64,000 bases of DNA, taken from NCBI GenBank assembly GCA_963843755.1, contig CAWJLS010000010.1, positions 289,067 through 353,066 on the forward strand, given 5' to 3'. This document shows, in pieces, positions 44,713-54,258 of the stretch. Numbering within the stretch: position 1 is the stretch's first letter; each line of letters begins with the position of its first letter. The notes beneath the pieces were generated by a model, which made no database searches, was not told where the DNA came from, and saw only the letters and a program-made list of their open reading frames with translations. A program made the position numbers and the translations under genes. This DNA comes from an uncultured Acidobacteriota bacterium. Lineage in GTDB: Bacteria; Acidobacteriota; Thermoanaerobaculia; Multivoradales; DATKCC01.

Positions 44713-45810
44713 ATGAACACTCGCCGTGTCGTTCTCGTCGCCGTCCTCGCACTGTTTGCGACCGCCGGCTATCTTCCCGCCAATCCGCCGCCCGATCCGA
44801 TCTCGATCGACGCCCACTCGCCCTCGATCCACGTGTGCGCGCCCGGCCTCATCAACACCGCCGACATCTACGCCCTGCTGGGCGGTGGCTTCGGCATGGG
44901 CTGCGATGCCGGCTTCGCCGGCCCGATCGTCCACATCCCGGCCCCCAACTACGGCGTCACCCCCCAGGACGAGAACGACGGCCACTCGGCCGGTGAGCGC
45001 GACCCGTACGCGCCGGTGGCGGTCTACTTCTCGGGCAGCAAGGAGTCCCAGGGCCAGGCCGGTACCGAGTACGCGACCGAGGAAAACAACTTCCAGGCCG
45101 CCGGCGACCGGTACGTCACCAACGGCCTGACCATGCAGGGCCCGGCCGCGTCGATCCCGCCGCCGCCGTCGACCGTCTGCGGGCCGGCGACCACCCTCGG
45201 GGCGCCGTTCGATCCGACCCGTCCGTCGCTCAACCTGCTGTCGGTCAACCAGGATCAGTACAACCTGATCCCGTCGCTGCGGCCGAACGTCCTCAACCGT
45301 GGCCGCGAGCTCGACAACGTCGATGCCCTGGAGCTCCAGCTCTTCGACATCGACGGCGACATGCGCAACGACCGGCCGATCTTCTTCACCGTCGACAAGG
45401 TCAGCAACAGTTGGCTCGGCCGGCCATCGGACATCCTGGTGACCCCGCCGGGTGGCGGCGCCTTCTTCCTCTACGCGACCGCCGCGCAGATGGGCCTGAC
45501 CAACCGGGACAACGTCGACGCGATCGCGGTCTACGACGTCGACGGTGACCTCAGAGCCACCGCCGGGATCGACTACGTCGTCTTCTCCCTCGACCGGGGC
45601 TCGCCGAGCCTGCCCGGCTCGCCGGCGGATCTCTACGTGTCCGACTTCTCGGGCCACTTCTGCCTCTTCCTGGCGGCCAACAGCATCGGCATGGAACGGT
45701 GTGACAACGTGGACGCGGTCGACGTGGAGAACGAGGTCGAGATCTTCGAGGAGGCTCCCGTCGAGGAGTACCCGGGCGATCCGGACGGGGGACCGGTCGC
45801 GGTTCCCTGA
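44713..45810 (+). CDS. secreted hypothetical protein with a repeated DNVDA-x motif
   Basis: RBS AAGGAGAG. Signal peptide MNTRRVVLVAVLALFATAG. Three copies of a DNVDA(L/I/V) motif next to D-x-D-G-D-like acidic loops. No family recognised. Confidence 0.7.
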   Translation: MNTRRVVLVAVLALFATAGYLPANPPPDPISIDAHSPSIHVCAPGLINTADIYALLGGGFGMGCDAGFAGPIVHIPAPNYGVTPQDENDGHSAGERDPYAPVAVYFSGSKESQGQAGTEYATEENNFQAAGDRYVTNGLTMQGPAASIPPPPSTVCGPATTLGAPFDPTRPSLNLLSVNQDQYNLIPSLRPNVLNRGRELDNVDALELQLFDIDGDMRNDRPIFFTVDKVSNSWLGRPSDILVTPPGGGAFFLYATAAQMGLTNRDNVDAIAVYDVDGDLRATAGIDYVVFSLDRGSPSLPGSPADLYVSDFSGHFCLFLAANSIGMERCDNVDAVDVENEVEIFEEAPVEEYPGDPDGGPVAVP

Positions 45811-45864
45811 CCCCTCAGGACTCCGGAAGGACCGGTGAACGACCGGTTCGATCGTCGGTAGCTC

Positions 45865-45896
45865 GCCGCCCCCGGGAGAGTGTCCCCGGGGGCGGC
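45865..45896 (+). terminator. GC-rich 12-bp hairpin downstream of the secreted-protein gene
   Basis: gccgcccccggg agagtgtc cccgggggcggc, perfect stem with an 8-nt loop. It is followed by a C-run rather than a U-tract, so terminator function is tentative. Confidence 0.4.
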
Positions 45897-46000
45897 CCCC
45901 CCATCCGGGTGGTCGCTCCTCTGCCCGGCGCGGATAGGATCGATGGGAGAGGTACTCCATTCCAATCCATCCACCCAGACTCGAGCGAGAGGAGCCGTCG

Positions 46001-47317
46001 ATGGCCCGCAAACGAGTGATCATCATGGGCGCGGCTGGCCGCGACTTCCACAACTTCAACACTCTGTTCCGCGGACAGGAGGCCTACGAGGTCGTCGCCT
46101 TCACCGCGACTCAGATTCCCGACATCGAAGGCCGGACTTACCCCGCGGCGCTTGCCGGCGACCTGTATCCGGACGGCATTCCGATCCGCCCCGAGGAGGA
46201 GCTGGAGGCGCTGATCCGCGACCACGACGTGGACGAGGTCTGGTTCTCCTACTCCGACGTGCCGCACACCTATGTCATGAACAAGGGCAGCCAGGTGGTC
46301 TCCTGGGGCGCCCACTTCGGCATCTGCTCGGCGACCCGGACCATGGTCACCTCGAGCAAGCCGGTGATCGCGGTCACCGCGGTGCGCACCGGGGTCGGCA
46401 AGTCCCAGACGACGCGCTACCTGGCCCGCATCCTCAAGGAGATGGGCAAGAAGGTGGTCGCCGTGCGTCACCCGATGCCCTACGGCGACCTGGCCAAGCA
46501 GGCGGTCCAGCGCTTCGCCACCTACGACGACCTCGACAAGCACGAGTGCACCATCGAGGAGCGCGAGGAGTACGAGCCCCACATCGACCACGGCTTCGTG
46601 GTCTACGCCGGGGTCGACTACGAGGCGATCCTGCGCGAGGCGGAGAAGGAGGCCGACGTGGTGCTGTGGGACGGCGGCAACAACGACACGCCGTTCTACT
46701 CGCCGGACCTGCACATCACCCTGGTCGATCCGCACCGCCCCGGGCACGAGCTCTCCTACTACCCGGGCGAGACGAACTTCCGCATGGCCGACCTGTTGGT
46801 GGTCAACAAGGTGGAGACGGCCGACCCGAAGAACGTCGAGGCGGTGCTCGCGAGCTGTCGGACCCACAACCCGGGCGCCGCGGTGGTGCGTTGCCGGTCG
46901 AAGATCACGGTCGACAAGCCGGAGCTGATCCGCGGCAAGCGGGCCCTGGTGATCGAGGACGGCCCGACGCTGACCCACGGCGGCATGACGTACGGCGCCG
47001 GGTGGTTCGCGGCGCAGGAGGCCGGGGCGGCCGAGATGGTTTCGGCGGAGCCGTACGCGGTCGGCTCGATCAAGGCGACCTACGCCAAGTATCCGAACGC
47101 CCGCAAGATCTTGCCGGCGATGGGGTACGGCGCGAAGCAGGTCGAGGAGCTGCGGCAGACCATCGAGGCGACGCCGGCCGATGTGGTGGTCGAGGGGACG
47201 CCGATCCAGCTTTCGCGGGTGCTGAGCGTGTCCAAGCCGATCGCCAACGTCACGTATGAGCTCGAGGAGCTCGAGCCGGGGGTGATCGAGGCGGCGGTCC
47301 GGAAGATCCTCGGCTGA
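46001..47317 (+). CDS. COG2403-type P-loop protein (family often annotated cyclic 2,3-diphosphoglycerate synthetase / predicted GTPase)
   Basis: KRVIIMGAAGRDFHNFN N-terminus, P-loop-like TAVRTGVGKSQTT, 438 aa. The gene call is confident. The functional name comes from my memory of annotations for this family. Confidence 0.7.
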   Translation: MARKRVIIMGAAGRDFHNFNTLFRGQEAYEVVAFTATQIPDIEGRTYPAALAGDLYPDGIPIRPEEELEALIRDHDVDEVWFSYSDVPHTYVMNKGSQVVSWGAHFGICSATRTMVTSSKPVIAVTAVRTGVGKSQTTRYLARILKEMGKKVVAVRHPMPYGDLAKQAVQRFATYDDLDKHECTIEEREEYEPHIDHGFVVYAGVDYEAILREAEKEADVVLWDGGNNDTPFYSPDLHITLVDPHRPGHELSYYPGETNFRMADLLVVNKVETADPKNVEAVLASCRTHNPGAAVVRCRSKITVDKPELIRGKRALVIEDGPTLTHGGMTYGAGWFAAQEAGAAEMVSAEPYAVGSIKATYAKYPNARKILPAMGYGAKQVEELRQTIEATPADVVVEGTPIQLSRVLSVSKPIANVTYELEELEPGVIEAAVRKILG

Positions 47318-47348
47318 GGGTGCCGAGGGGGTGAGGGAGGGGGACACC

Positions 47349-47531
47349 GGCCGGTCGTCGGGCTCAGGGGAACCGGGGGCCCGGGGGCCGGCTCGCATTC
47401 TCTGGCCGCGGGGCGTGGTGCTCGCCTGCACGAGCGCCCGCGACGGGCTGTCTTGCCCTCCGAGCGATCCGGTGGGCGCGGGCGTCGAGCACCCGCCGGG
47501 CCCCCGGTTCCCCTGAGCCCGGCGACCGGCC
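47349..47531. repeat. 183-bp inverted-repeat element: 36-bp arms (35/36 complementary) around a 111-nt spacer
   Basis: 47349-47384 (ggccggtcgtcgggctcaggggaaccgggggcccgg) is the reverse complement of 47496-47531 apart from one T:G pair. The spacer contains further sub-hairpins (for example about 47419-47450). It lies between convergent genes. Confidence 0.8.
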
Positions 47532-47628
47532 TCCTTGCCATGTTTCGGCGAATCTGTCGGGCGCAGGGCGTCGCCCCGGGGCGGATTCCTGAAGGGGATC
47601 GAGGCGTTGAGGGGGCCGATCCGGTGGA

Positions 47629-49656
47629 TCAGCGCAGCAGGGCCAGGGTGCGTTCGAGGCGGGCGACGGATTCGGTGCGGCCGCCCGGACGGCTGCGGGC
47701 GCGCCAGAGGACGGCGTGCTCCTCGACCAAGGCGCCGACGGCCTGGGCGAGGGCGGTCCGGGTGGGGGCCGGGATGGCGGCGAGGGGGCGGTCGCGGCCG
47801 GTGTCGAGCCGCGCCCGGCCGATGTGGCAGGCCGCGAGGAGCGCCTTCGCCGACCAGGAGAGCTCGGCGACCAGCAGCTCCCGGTCCGGGCGCTGGCTCC
47901 GAGACTCCTGACCGGCGCCTTGGAGGAGGGACAGGGCCCGCTCTACCTCGGCCTCGGCTCGGGCCAGGCCACCCTCGGTCAGGCCGTCGTAGCGGGCGTG
48001 GGTCAGGTCCTGGTGACCGAAGGCGAGGAGGAAGAAGAGGGCGGCGCCGTTGCGGTCGCGGGTGCCCACCTGGCGGTGGGCGTCGCCCAGGCGGAGCGCC
48101 GCCTCGGCGAGGGTGGCTCCACCTTCCGGCCGGCCGTTCCGAAAGACCTGGAGATCGACGAGCCGTGGCAGGCGCTCGGCGGTGAAGCCGTCCGGGTCTC
48201 CGGCCAGCTCGGCGTTCCAGGCGAAGGCGGCGCCGGCCGCGAACGGCGCCTCGGAGACCGCCGGCGGCTGGAGGTGGCCGTAATCCCCCCAGTCGGTGAT
48301 CAGCACGCCGAGGGCGCCGGCCGCGACCGCCGAACGCACCGCCTCGGCCTGGTTGCGGACGGCGTTGGTCGTCCGCCCCGCGAGGCTCGACCAGGAGCTG
48401 GTCCCCGGGCAGAGGACGAAGTCGAGCCCGGAGGCGGCGTAGCGCCCGGCGTGGGCGGGGAAGGGGTGGCCGGCTTCGTAGCCCCATTCGAGGGCGATCA
48501 CGTCCTCCGGGATCTCCCGGACGCGGTCTCCCCGCTGAGAGTGGCCGCCGGGCGGCTCGTCCTCGATCACCACGTCGCCCCAGAACTGCATCCGGTGGTC
48601 GCGGCGGCGCACCAGCTCGTGGACGCCGCGCAGGAACTCGAGGTAGACGCCCACCGTGCCGCGCTCGGCGCACGCCGCGGCGGAGCGCCCGCGGCCGAGG
48701 TCGAGGGTCTCGTCGAGGCCGGCGTTGAAGCTCCGGCTGGTGAAGCAGGGGAAGAGCTGGTCGTAGAGGTCGGCCAGCAGGTCGAGGCTGCGCGGGTCGG
48801 TCGGGCAGAGGCTGAACGGCTCGGCGCCGTCGCTGAACGGGTGCTCGATGCCCTCGGGCACTTCGGCGAGCGGCCGGTAGCGGTCGTGGACCAGCCAGCG
48901 GTGGAGGTGGCCGAAGCTGTTCTGGTTCGGCACCAGCTCGATGAAGCAGCGCCGACAGTGGCCGTCCAGGGCGCGGATCTCGGCCGGCGTCAGCGGGCTC
49001 GCCTCCGCCCAGACCTCCTCGTGCCCCCGGTAGGCGAAGGTGTGCTCGGTGTAGAGCTGGAGCTGGTTGAGCTTGAGGTCGGCCAGCAGCTCGACCTGGC
49101 GGAAGAGCTCCGCCAGGGTCGGTACGCGACAGCGGGAGACGTCGAGCATGACACCGCGCAGCGCCAGGTCCGGGCGGTCGACGACGGTCAGATCCGGGAC
49201 GGAGAGCTCCCCGTCTCCTGCTCCAGGTCTCAGACCCGCGCGCAGCCACTGGACGAGGGTGCGGGTGGCGTAGAACAGGCCGGCCGGGGCGCGGGCGGCG
49301 AGGAAGATACCGTCGTCCCGGACGGTGAGCCGATAGCCCTCGGGGTGGTCGGGGACGTCTCCGTCACCGTCTGCGTCTGCGTGGCCCGGGGCGACGCGCA
49401 TTGTGACGGTCGAGACGCCCGGTTCCGTGCCTGTTTCGGGCGGATCGAGCCGGGGGGTGAGGCCGAAGCCGGCGAGCTCTTCGCACAGGCGCTGGCGGAT
49501 CGGCTCGGTCTCCTGGGACGGCGGGTCCAGGATCACCCGGAGCGTGGCGGCCAGCGCGACGGCGGTGCCGTGGGAGTGGGCGCGGTGAGGCGGCGGCAGC
49601 AGAACGTCTCCGGGGTCCATCGGTATGGCGGAGACGGAGCGGGCCGCAGGGCTCAT
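47629..49656 (-). CDS. glycoside hydrolase family 20-like (beta-N-acetylhexosaminidase-type)
   Basis: LRGVMLDVSRCRVP (the RG.MLD.SR signature), TIM-barrel-like core, NAGLDET acid pair context. Start proposed at ATG 49656 (MSPAARS...). Confidence 0.7.
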   Translation of the reverse strand: MSPAARSVSAIPMDPGDVLLPPPHRAHSHGTAVALAATLRVILDPPSQETEPIRQRLCEELAGFGLTPRLDPPETGTEPGVSTVTMRVAPGHADADGDGDVPDHPEGYRLTVRDDGIFLAARAPAGLFYATRTLVQWLRAGLRPGAGDGELSVPDLTVVDRPDLALRGVMLDVSRCRVPTLAELFRQVELLADLKLNQLQLYTEHTFAYRGHEEVWAEASPLTPAEIRALDGHCRRCFIELVPNQNSFGHLHRWLVHDRYRPLAEVPEGIEHPFSDGAEPFSLCPTDPRSLDLLADLYDQLFPCFTSRSFNAGLDETLDLGRGRSAAACAERGTVGVYLEFLRGVHELVRRRDHRMQFWGDVVIEDEPPGGHSQRGDRVREIPEDVIALEWGYEAGHPFPAHAGRYAASGLDFVLCPGTSSWSSLAGRTTNAVRNQAEAVRSAVAAGALGVLITDWGDYGHLQPPAVSEAPFAAGAAFAWNAELAGDPDGFTAERLPRLVDLQVFRNGRPEGGATLAEAALRLGDAHRQVGTRDRNGAALFFLLAFGHQDLTHARYDGLTEGGLARAEAEVERALSLLQGAGQESRSQRPDRELLVAELSWSAKALLAACHIGRARLDTGRDRPLAAIPAPTRTALAQAVGALVEEHAVLWRARSRPGGRTESVARLERTLALLR

Positions 49657-49760
49657 CGAACCCCCTCGCGGCGACCGCTCCGGAGGTCGTTCAGAGGGGG
49701 TTTCACGGCGGTCGGGAGACCCCATTTCGTTCGGTGGCTCATCGATATCGAAGAGATTGT

Positions 49761-49790
49761 TTGACCTCTCGGTCAGGCCCGTAGTAGCAT
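49761..49790 (+). promoter_or_regulatory. candidate sigma70-type promoter for cspA (would give a 5' UTR of about 275 nt)
   Basis: TTGACC (49761-49766), an 18-nt spacer, then TAGCAT (49785-49790). Long csp leaders are well known, but this call rests on sequence pattern only. Confidence 0.25.
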
Positions 49791-50071
49791 ACCGCGTAAG
49801 AAGATCGGTACATCGTTCCGAGAGGGACCTTTCATGGAGCAACTCTGGATCGCGTGTGCCCGAGGCTCATGCCGGACGAGGTAGCCGGCCCCGCGGGGAC
49901 GGTCCGAGAGAAACGGCACGGAACCTCGAAGCAGAACCGGTATCGCCGGTCGAGGTGATCGGAGGGACCGGGACGAGCTAACGCGGGGCTTCAATCCGCG
50001 GAACAAAGCAGGGCGTCGGTCGGTATCGCAATTTGGTCCCCGACGACTGCAACACATTTAGGGAGTACCAG

Positions 50072-50281
50072 ATGCGTACCACCGGCAGAGTCAAGTGGTT
50101 CAACGAGTCCAAGGGTTTCGGATTCATCACCCCTGAGGACGGCTCGAAGGACTGCTTCGTTCACTACTCGGCGATCCAGGGCAACGGCTTCCGGACCCTG
50201 AACGAGGGTGAGCGGGTCGAGTTCGACGTCGTCCAGGGCCAGAAGGGCCCGGCGGCCGAGAACGTCTCGCGGATCGCCTGA
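50072..50281 (+). CDS. cspA: cold-shock protein (CspA family)
   Basis: [36 protein letters not shown] (RNP1/RNP2 motifs). RBS AGGGAG. Confidence 0.93.
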   Translation: MRTTGRVKWFNESKGFGFITPEDGSKDCFVHYSAIQGNGFRTLNEGERVEFDVVQGQKGPAAENVSRIA

Positions 50282-50301
50282 GCGCGACTCCACCGACGGT
50301 T

Positions 50302-50341
50302 GCGACGCCCCCCGGAGAGATTCGGGGGGCGTTGCTGTTTT
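50302..50341 (+). terminator. rho-independent terminator of cspA
   Basis: Stem acgccccccg/cggggggcgt (10 bp, extendable to 13), loop gagagatt, followed by tgctgtttt. Confidence 0.7.
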
Positions 50342-50410
50342 GAGGGCCGGACGAGAAACCGCCCGGGGCCCGTCGAGGCGCCCCGGGCGGAAGAACGACG
50401 GCCGTCGGCC

Positions 50411-53035
50411 TCAGGAGCCGGCCACGGCTACTTGGTGGCTCACGTGGTGGATCCAGTGGCGCATCACGCCGCGCGGGCAGCCGAACTTGACCAGGCCGCC
50501 GCCCAGGTGCAGCGCCGACAGGATCTGCTCGCAGGAGCATCCGCCGGTCTGGACGGTGGTGATCTCGCTGGCCACGATCGAGCCGTGGTGGCGGACGTCG
50601 AAGACGTTGTCGCCGTCGACCAGCGCGAAGTGGTTCGGCAGCAGCCGACGGCTCGGCACGGCCTCCGGGATCGCCGTGTCGGCGCACAGGTCGGAGCCGT
50701 CGAGCACACCGTCGCCGTCGGCGTCGGCCTTCACGTAGACGACGAAGCCGTCGTGGTCCGAAGCCCGTAGCGGCGTCGTGTCGTCGTAGAGCAGGTCGAC
50801 CGCCGCGTCGCTGTCGCCGCGGCCATAGACCATGCCGGTCACCCGGTCGACCAGCGCCGACGAGGCCAGGGCGTGGTCGATCGCCTGGGCGGTGCCCCGG
50901 AAGTTGAACGAGTAGCGCTCCTCGGCGGGAACGGTCAGGGTCAACTTCGTCAGGTTCGGATCGACCAGGTCGGGGCCCGACAGCAGGTTGTCGGCCGGCG
51001 TGAAGTCGCCGGCGATCTGGCCGACCACGTCGACGTAGCCGTCGCTGATCTCGAAGGCGTTGAAGTCACCGACCACCAGCAGGTGGACGTCCGGGTTCGC
51101 CGTCTGGAGATCCTGGACGATCTGCGCCACCGACTCGGCCTGCTCGAGCCGCTTCTGGCGCACCCGCGGGCCGTCGGACGCATCCTCGATGCCGCTCAGG
51201 GAGCGCTGGTGGAGCGCCAGGACGTCGATCGGGAAGACGCCCGAGCCGCCCGACGCGCCGTGTAGCTCGGCCTCGAGCAGCAGCGGCGGCCGGTCGTGGA
51301 GCGGGCTGCCGTCGACCGACAGGGTCTCGTCGGCGGCGAGCTGGGTGACCGAGAGGACGTCGACGGTGTCGCGCACCAGGAAGCCGGTGTCGATGCCGCC
51401 GATGTCGTTGCCCTCTACAAGGTAGGCCGTGTAGGAGACGGCCGGGTCCAGGGCGGCGATCTCGGCCGCCAGATCCTGGAGCACGCCGAGCTTCTCGGCC
51501 TCCTCGACCGCCAGCACGTCCGGCGCGTCGAGCACGCCGTCGATGTAGAGCGCCAGCTTGTGCAGGCGCCGCTGGTACTCGGCGGTGGAGACGATGGTCT
51601 CGTTGTTGCCCGGGTCGTCGACGTCGTCGAACAGCCGGAACAGGTTGAGGGAGCCGACCGTCATCTCGCCCGTGCCCCGGGCCGGCACCGCGCGTGGCAG
51701 GGGGGCCTCGGTGACGTCGAGCACCGTCGGCCAGATCTCGTAGCCGCCGAACTCGTAGCCGAGCACGCCGGTGGCGTCGAAGGTGGAGCCGCCGGTCAGC
51801 ACCTGGTTGGGCAGGCCGAGGCGGTCCGGATCGAGCTCGAAGATCTCCGGGTTGCCGTCCCACACCGGCAGGCCGGGCAGACCGGGGTACTCGATGCCCG
51901 GCTCGCGGAACGGCCGATTCGGGCCGGCGACGACGAACGCCTCGGCGATCGGATCGCTGCCGAAGTGCTGGTTGCCGCTGGTCACCGTGCCGCCGGTGAC
52001 CTGGACGCGCATGCCCTCGTAGCGCTCCAGCTCGGTGGCCGGCTGGGGCTGGAGCGGCGACGGCGTCGCCGCGTCGAGGGTGACCGGCGCCGGCAGCGGC
52101 GCGCCGCCCGCGACGACGGTGACGGCCGCGCTGCCGAGCTCGGTGAAGTCGAAGTACTCGCTGACGTCGGCGGTGACGTCGACCACGTCGCCCACCGCCA
52201 CGGACGGGGCGCCGCCGGTGAAGACGAAGATGCCGTTCGAGGTCTCCGGGTCGGCGTCGGCGCGGTCGTCGGGCGTCTGGATGAAGAAGCCGTTGTCGGC
52301 GAGGGCGGTCACGACGTTGCCCTCGGTGGTGACCGTCTGGCCGGCCAGCGGCGAGGTCAGGCCGGCGCCCTGGATCTCGAAGATCTCGGCCACGGCGGGC
52401 GGCGGCGGGGGCGGCGGCGGCGGGGGCGGAGCGCCGCAGGAGACGGTGTGGGCGCCGAGGCCGCCGAAGGTGTTGTTCGGGAAGCCGTCCCACTCGGTGG
52501 CCGGGTCGAAGGCGTCGCCCGTGTCGGTGTCGCCGGTGCAGATCGCGGCCATCCGGCGCAGCGTGTGGTCCTTGGCGCCGGTCGCGCCCGAGCCCCACTG
52601 GCTGCCCGGGTCGAAGCCGACCTGGCCGAACGAGTCGACCGTGGCGCCGCCCTTGGTCAGGACGATGGCGTCGTCGCCGTTCCACAGCGACGAGGTGGTG
52701 GTCTGGTCGGTGACGGCGAGGATCGCCGGGTCGGCCCCGTCGTCGGCGACCACGAACACGTCGCCGGCGGCGACGACGCCGGTCAGGTCGACCGTCGTGT
52801 TGGCCGAGCTGGAGCCGTTGAAATAGACCTCGAGCTCGTAGTCGCCGAGACCCAGGTCGATGGCACCGCCGGTGCCGTTGTAGATCTCGATCGCCTTGTT
52901 CAGCGAGCTGCCCTCGACGTACTCGGAGAGCAGCAGGTCGGTCGGCTGCGCGGCGGCCGGCGGCGGCGCCAGGGCGGCGCCCACGGCGAGCAGGAGCGCG
53001 GCGGAGAGAAGGGAGCGGAGTGGGTTTCCAGCCAT
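50411..53035 (-). CDS. secreted ExeM/NucH-like extracellular nuclease (lamin-tail domain plus endonuclease/exonuclease/phosphatase domain)
   Basis: Signal peptide MAGNPLRSLLSAALLLAVGAALA. LTD-like LLLSEYVEGSSLNKAIEIYNGTG...GDVFVV. Poly-Pro linker. EEP-like region ...VGSLNLFRLFD...LVVGDFNAFE...SDHDGFVV. Acidic DADGDGVLDGSD loop near the C-terminus. Confidence 0.85.
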   Translation of the reverse strand: MAGNPLRSLLSAALLLAVGAALAPPPAAAQPTDLLLSEYVEGSSLNKAIEIYNGTGGAIDLGLGDYELEVYFNGSSSANTTVDLTGVVAAGDVFVVADDGADPAILAVTDQTTTSSLWNGDDAIVLTKGGATVDSFGQVGFDPGSQWGSGATGAKDHTLRRMAAICTGDTDTGDAFDPATEWDGFPNNTFGGLGAHTVSCGAPPPPPPPPPPPAVAEIFEIQGAGLTSPLAGQTVTTEGNVVTALADNGFFIQTPDDRADADPETSNGIFVFTGGAPSVAVGDVVDVTADVSEYFDFTELGSAAVTVVAGGAPLPAPVTLDAATPSPLQPQPATELERYEGMRVQVTGGTVTSGNQHFGSDPIAEAFVVAGPNRPFREPGIEYPGLPGLPVWDGNPEIFELDPDRLGLPNQVLTGGSTFDATGVLGYEFGGYEIWPTVLDVTEAPLPRAVPARGTGEMTVGSLNLFRLFDDVDDPGNNETIVSTAEYQRRLHKLALYIDGVLDAPDVLAVEEAEKLGVLQDLAAEIAALDPAVSYTAYLVEGNDIGGIDTGFLVRDTVDVLSVTQLAADETLSVDGSPLHDRPPLLLEAELHGASGGSGVFPIDVLALHQRSLSGIEDASDGPRVRQKRLEQAESVAQIVQDLQTANPDVHLLVVGDFNAFEISDGYVDVVGQIAGDFTPADNLLSGPDLVDPNLTKLTLTVPAEERYSFNFRGTAQAIDHALASSALVDRVTGMVYGRGDSDAAVDLLYDDTTPLRASDHDGFVVYVKADADGDGVLDGSDLCADTAIPEAVPSRRLLPNHFALVDGDNVFDVRHHGSIVASEITTVQTGGCSCEQILSALHLGGGLVKFGCPRGVMRHWIHHVSHQVAVAGS

Positions 53036-53318
53036 GAGGAAGGGTCCTCCGAAGTCGGTCGATGGGGTGGACCTGATTCGAGGCAAGGGAGCGCGTCGGG
53101 TCCGGTGTAGGTCAACGCGCCCGACACTACGGAGTGTCGTGTGCGCAAAGATTGCGTGATCGTAACAGTTGCGTGACGGCCTGTCGTCGGCGCCGGGTCA
53201 CGGGATCGCCACGCCGGTGGCACCCGGCGCGCTTAGAATGCTGCGACCGCTCTGCACGGTCGGGGCCCGACCCTGACGCGATCTCCAGAGATTCAGGATG
53301 AGACCCGAGGAGACCACC

Positions 53319-54197
53319 ATGACCTTCGCTCGCCGCCTCGCGACGCCGGCGCTTCTTCTTCTGTTCGTCTTCGCCGGCTGCACCGCCGCCCCGCACCCCG
53401 AGACCCCGCCAACCAGCGCGGGCGTGCCGGCCGACGACCTCCTGAACGCCACCCTCTGGGTCCAGAAGGCGGTCGAGCACGACCTGGTCTTCCGGGAGAT
53501 CTACAGGAACGCCCAGGAGAAGCTCCTCGACGCCCTGAACGACCCGACCTGGAGCGCCCTGCCGGAGGACGACCGCCCGGCCGCGGCGGGGGATCGTTCG
53601 CCCGCCGTCATCCTGGACGTCGACGAGGCGGTGCTCGACAACTCGCCCTACGAAGCCCGGCTGATCCGCTCCGGCGAAGAGTTCAGCGAGTTCTCCTGGT
53701 CCACCTGGTGCCGCGAGGAGATCGCCGAGCCGCTCCCCGGGGCGGTCGAGTTCACCCGCTTCGCCGCCGACCACGGGGTCGCCGTCTACTACATCTCCAA
53801 CCGGGCCCAGGACCTGGACCAGGCGACCCTGTCCAACCTGCGCTCGGCCGGTTTCCCGGTCGCGAACGACCACGTCTTCCTCGGCCTCGGGACGGTGGTG
53901 AAGGGCTGCGAGCAGTACGGCTCGGACAAAGGGTGCCGGCGCCAGCTCGTCGGCCGCAGCCACCGGGTGCTGATGCAGTTCGGCGACCAGATCGGCGACT
54001 TCGTCGACGTGGTCGCCAACACCCCGACCGGTCGGGCGGACGCGGTCAGGCCGTACCTCGACTGGATCGGCGAGCGCTGGTGGGTGCTGCCCAACCCGCT
54101 CTACGGCTCCTGGGAGCCGGCCCAGTTCAACAACAACTGGCGCCAGCCCCGCGAAGACCGCCGCAAGGCGAAGAAAGACGCCCTGCACGAGCACTGA
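53319..54197 (+). CDS. 5'-nucleotidase / class C acid phosphatase, lipoprotein e(P4) family (HAD)
   Basis: Lipobox LLFVFAGC. AVILDVDEAVLDNSPY (DDDD-type HAD motif I), YISNR, FGDQIGDF. Confidence 0.85.
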   Translation: MTFARRLATPALLLLFVFAGCTAAPHPETPPTSAGVPADDLLNATLWVQKAVEHDLVFREIYRNAQEKLLDALNDPTWSALPEDDRPAAAGDRSPAVILDVDEAVLDNSPYEARLIRSGEEFSEFSWSTWCREEIAEPLPGAVEFTRFAADHGVAVYYISNRAQDLDQATLSNLRSAGFPVANDHVFLGLGTVVKGCEQYGSDKGCRRQLVGRSHRVLMQFGDQIGDFVDVVANTPTGRADAVRPYLDWIGERWWVLPNPLYGSWEPAQFNNNWRQPREDRRKAKKDALHEH

Positions 54198-54258
54198 GCG
54201 GCGGCAGTTGACCCGGCGGGGCGGAGGCTTCATCCTCTCGGGCGAAAGGAGTCCCCCC

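Noticed and set aside
52385-52430. GC-rich iterated ggcggcggcggggg repeat
   Set aside because: It encodes the poly-proline linker (PPPPPPPPPPP) of the minus-strand nuclease. It is coding low complexity, not a regulatory or CRISPR-like repeat.
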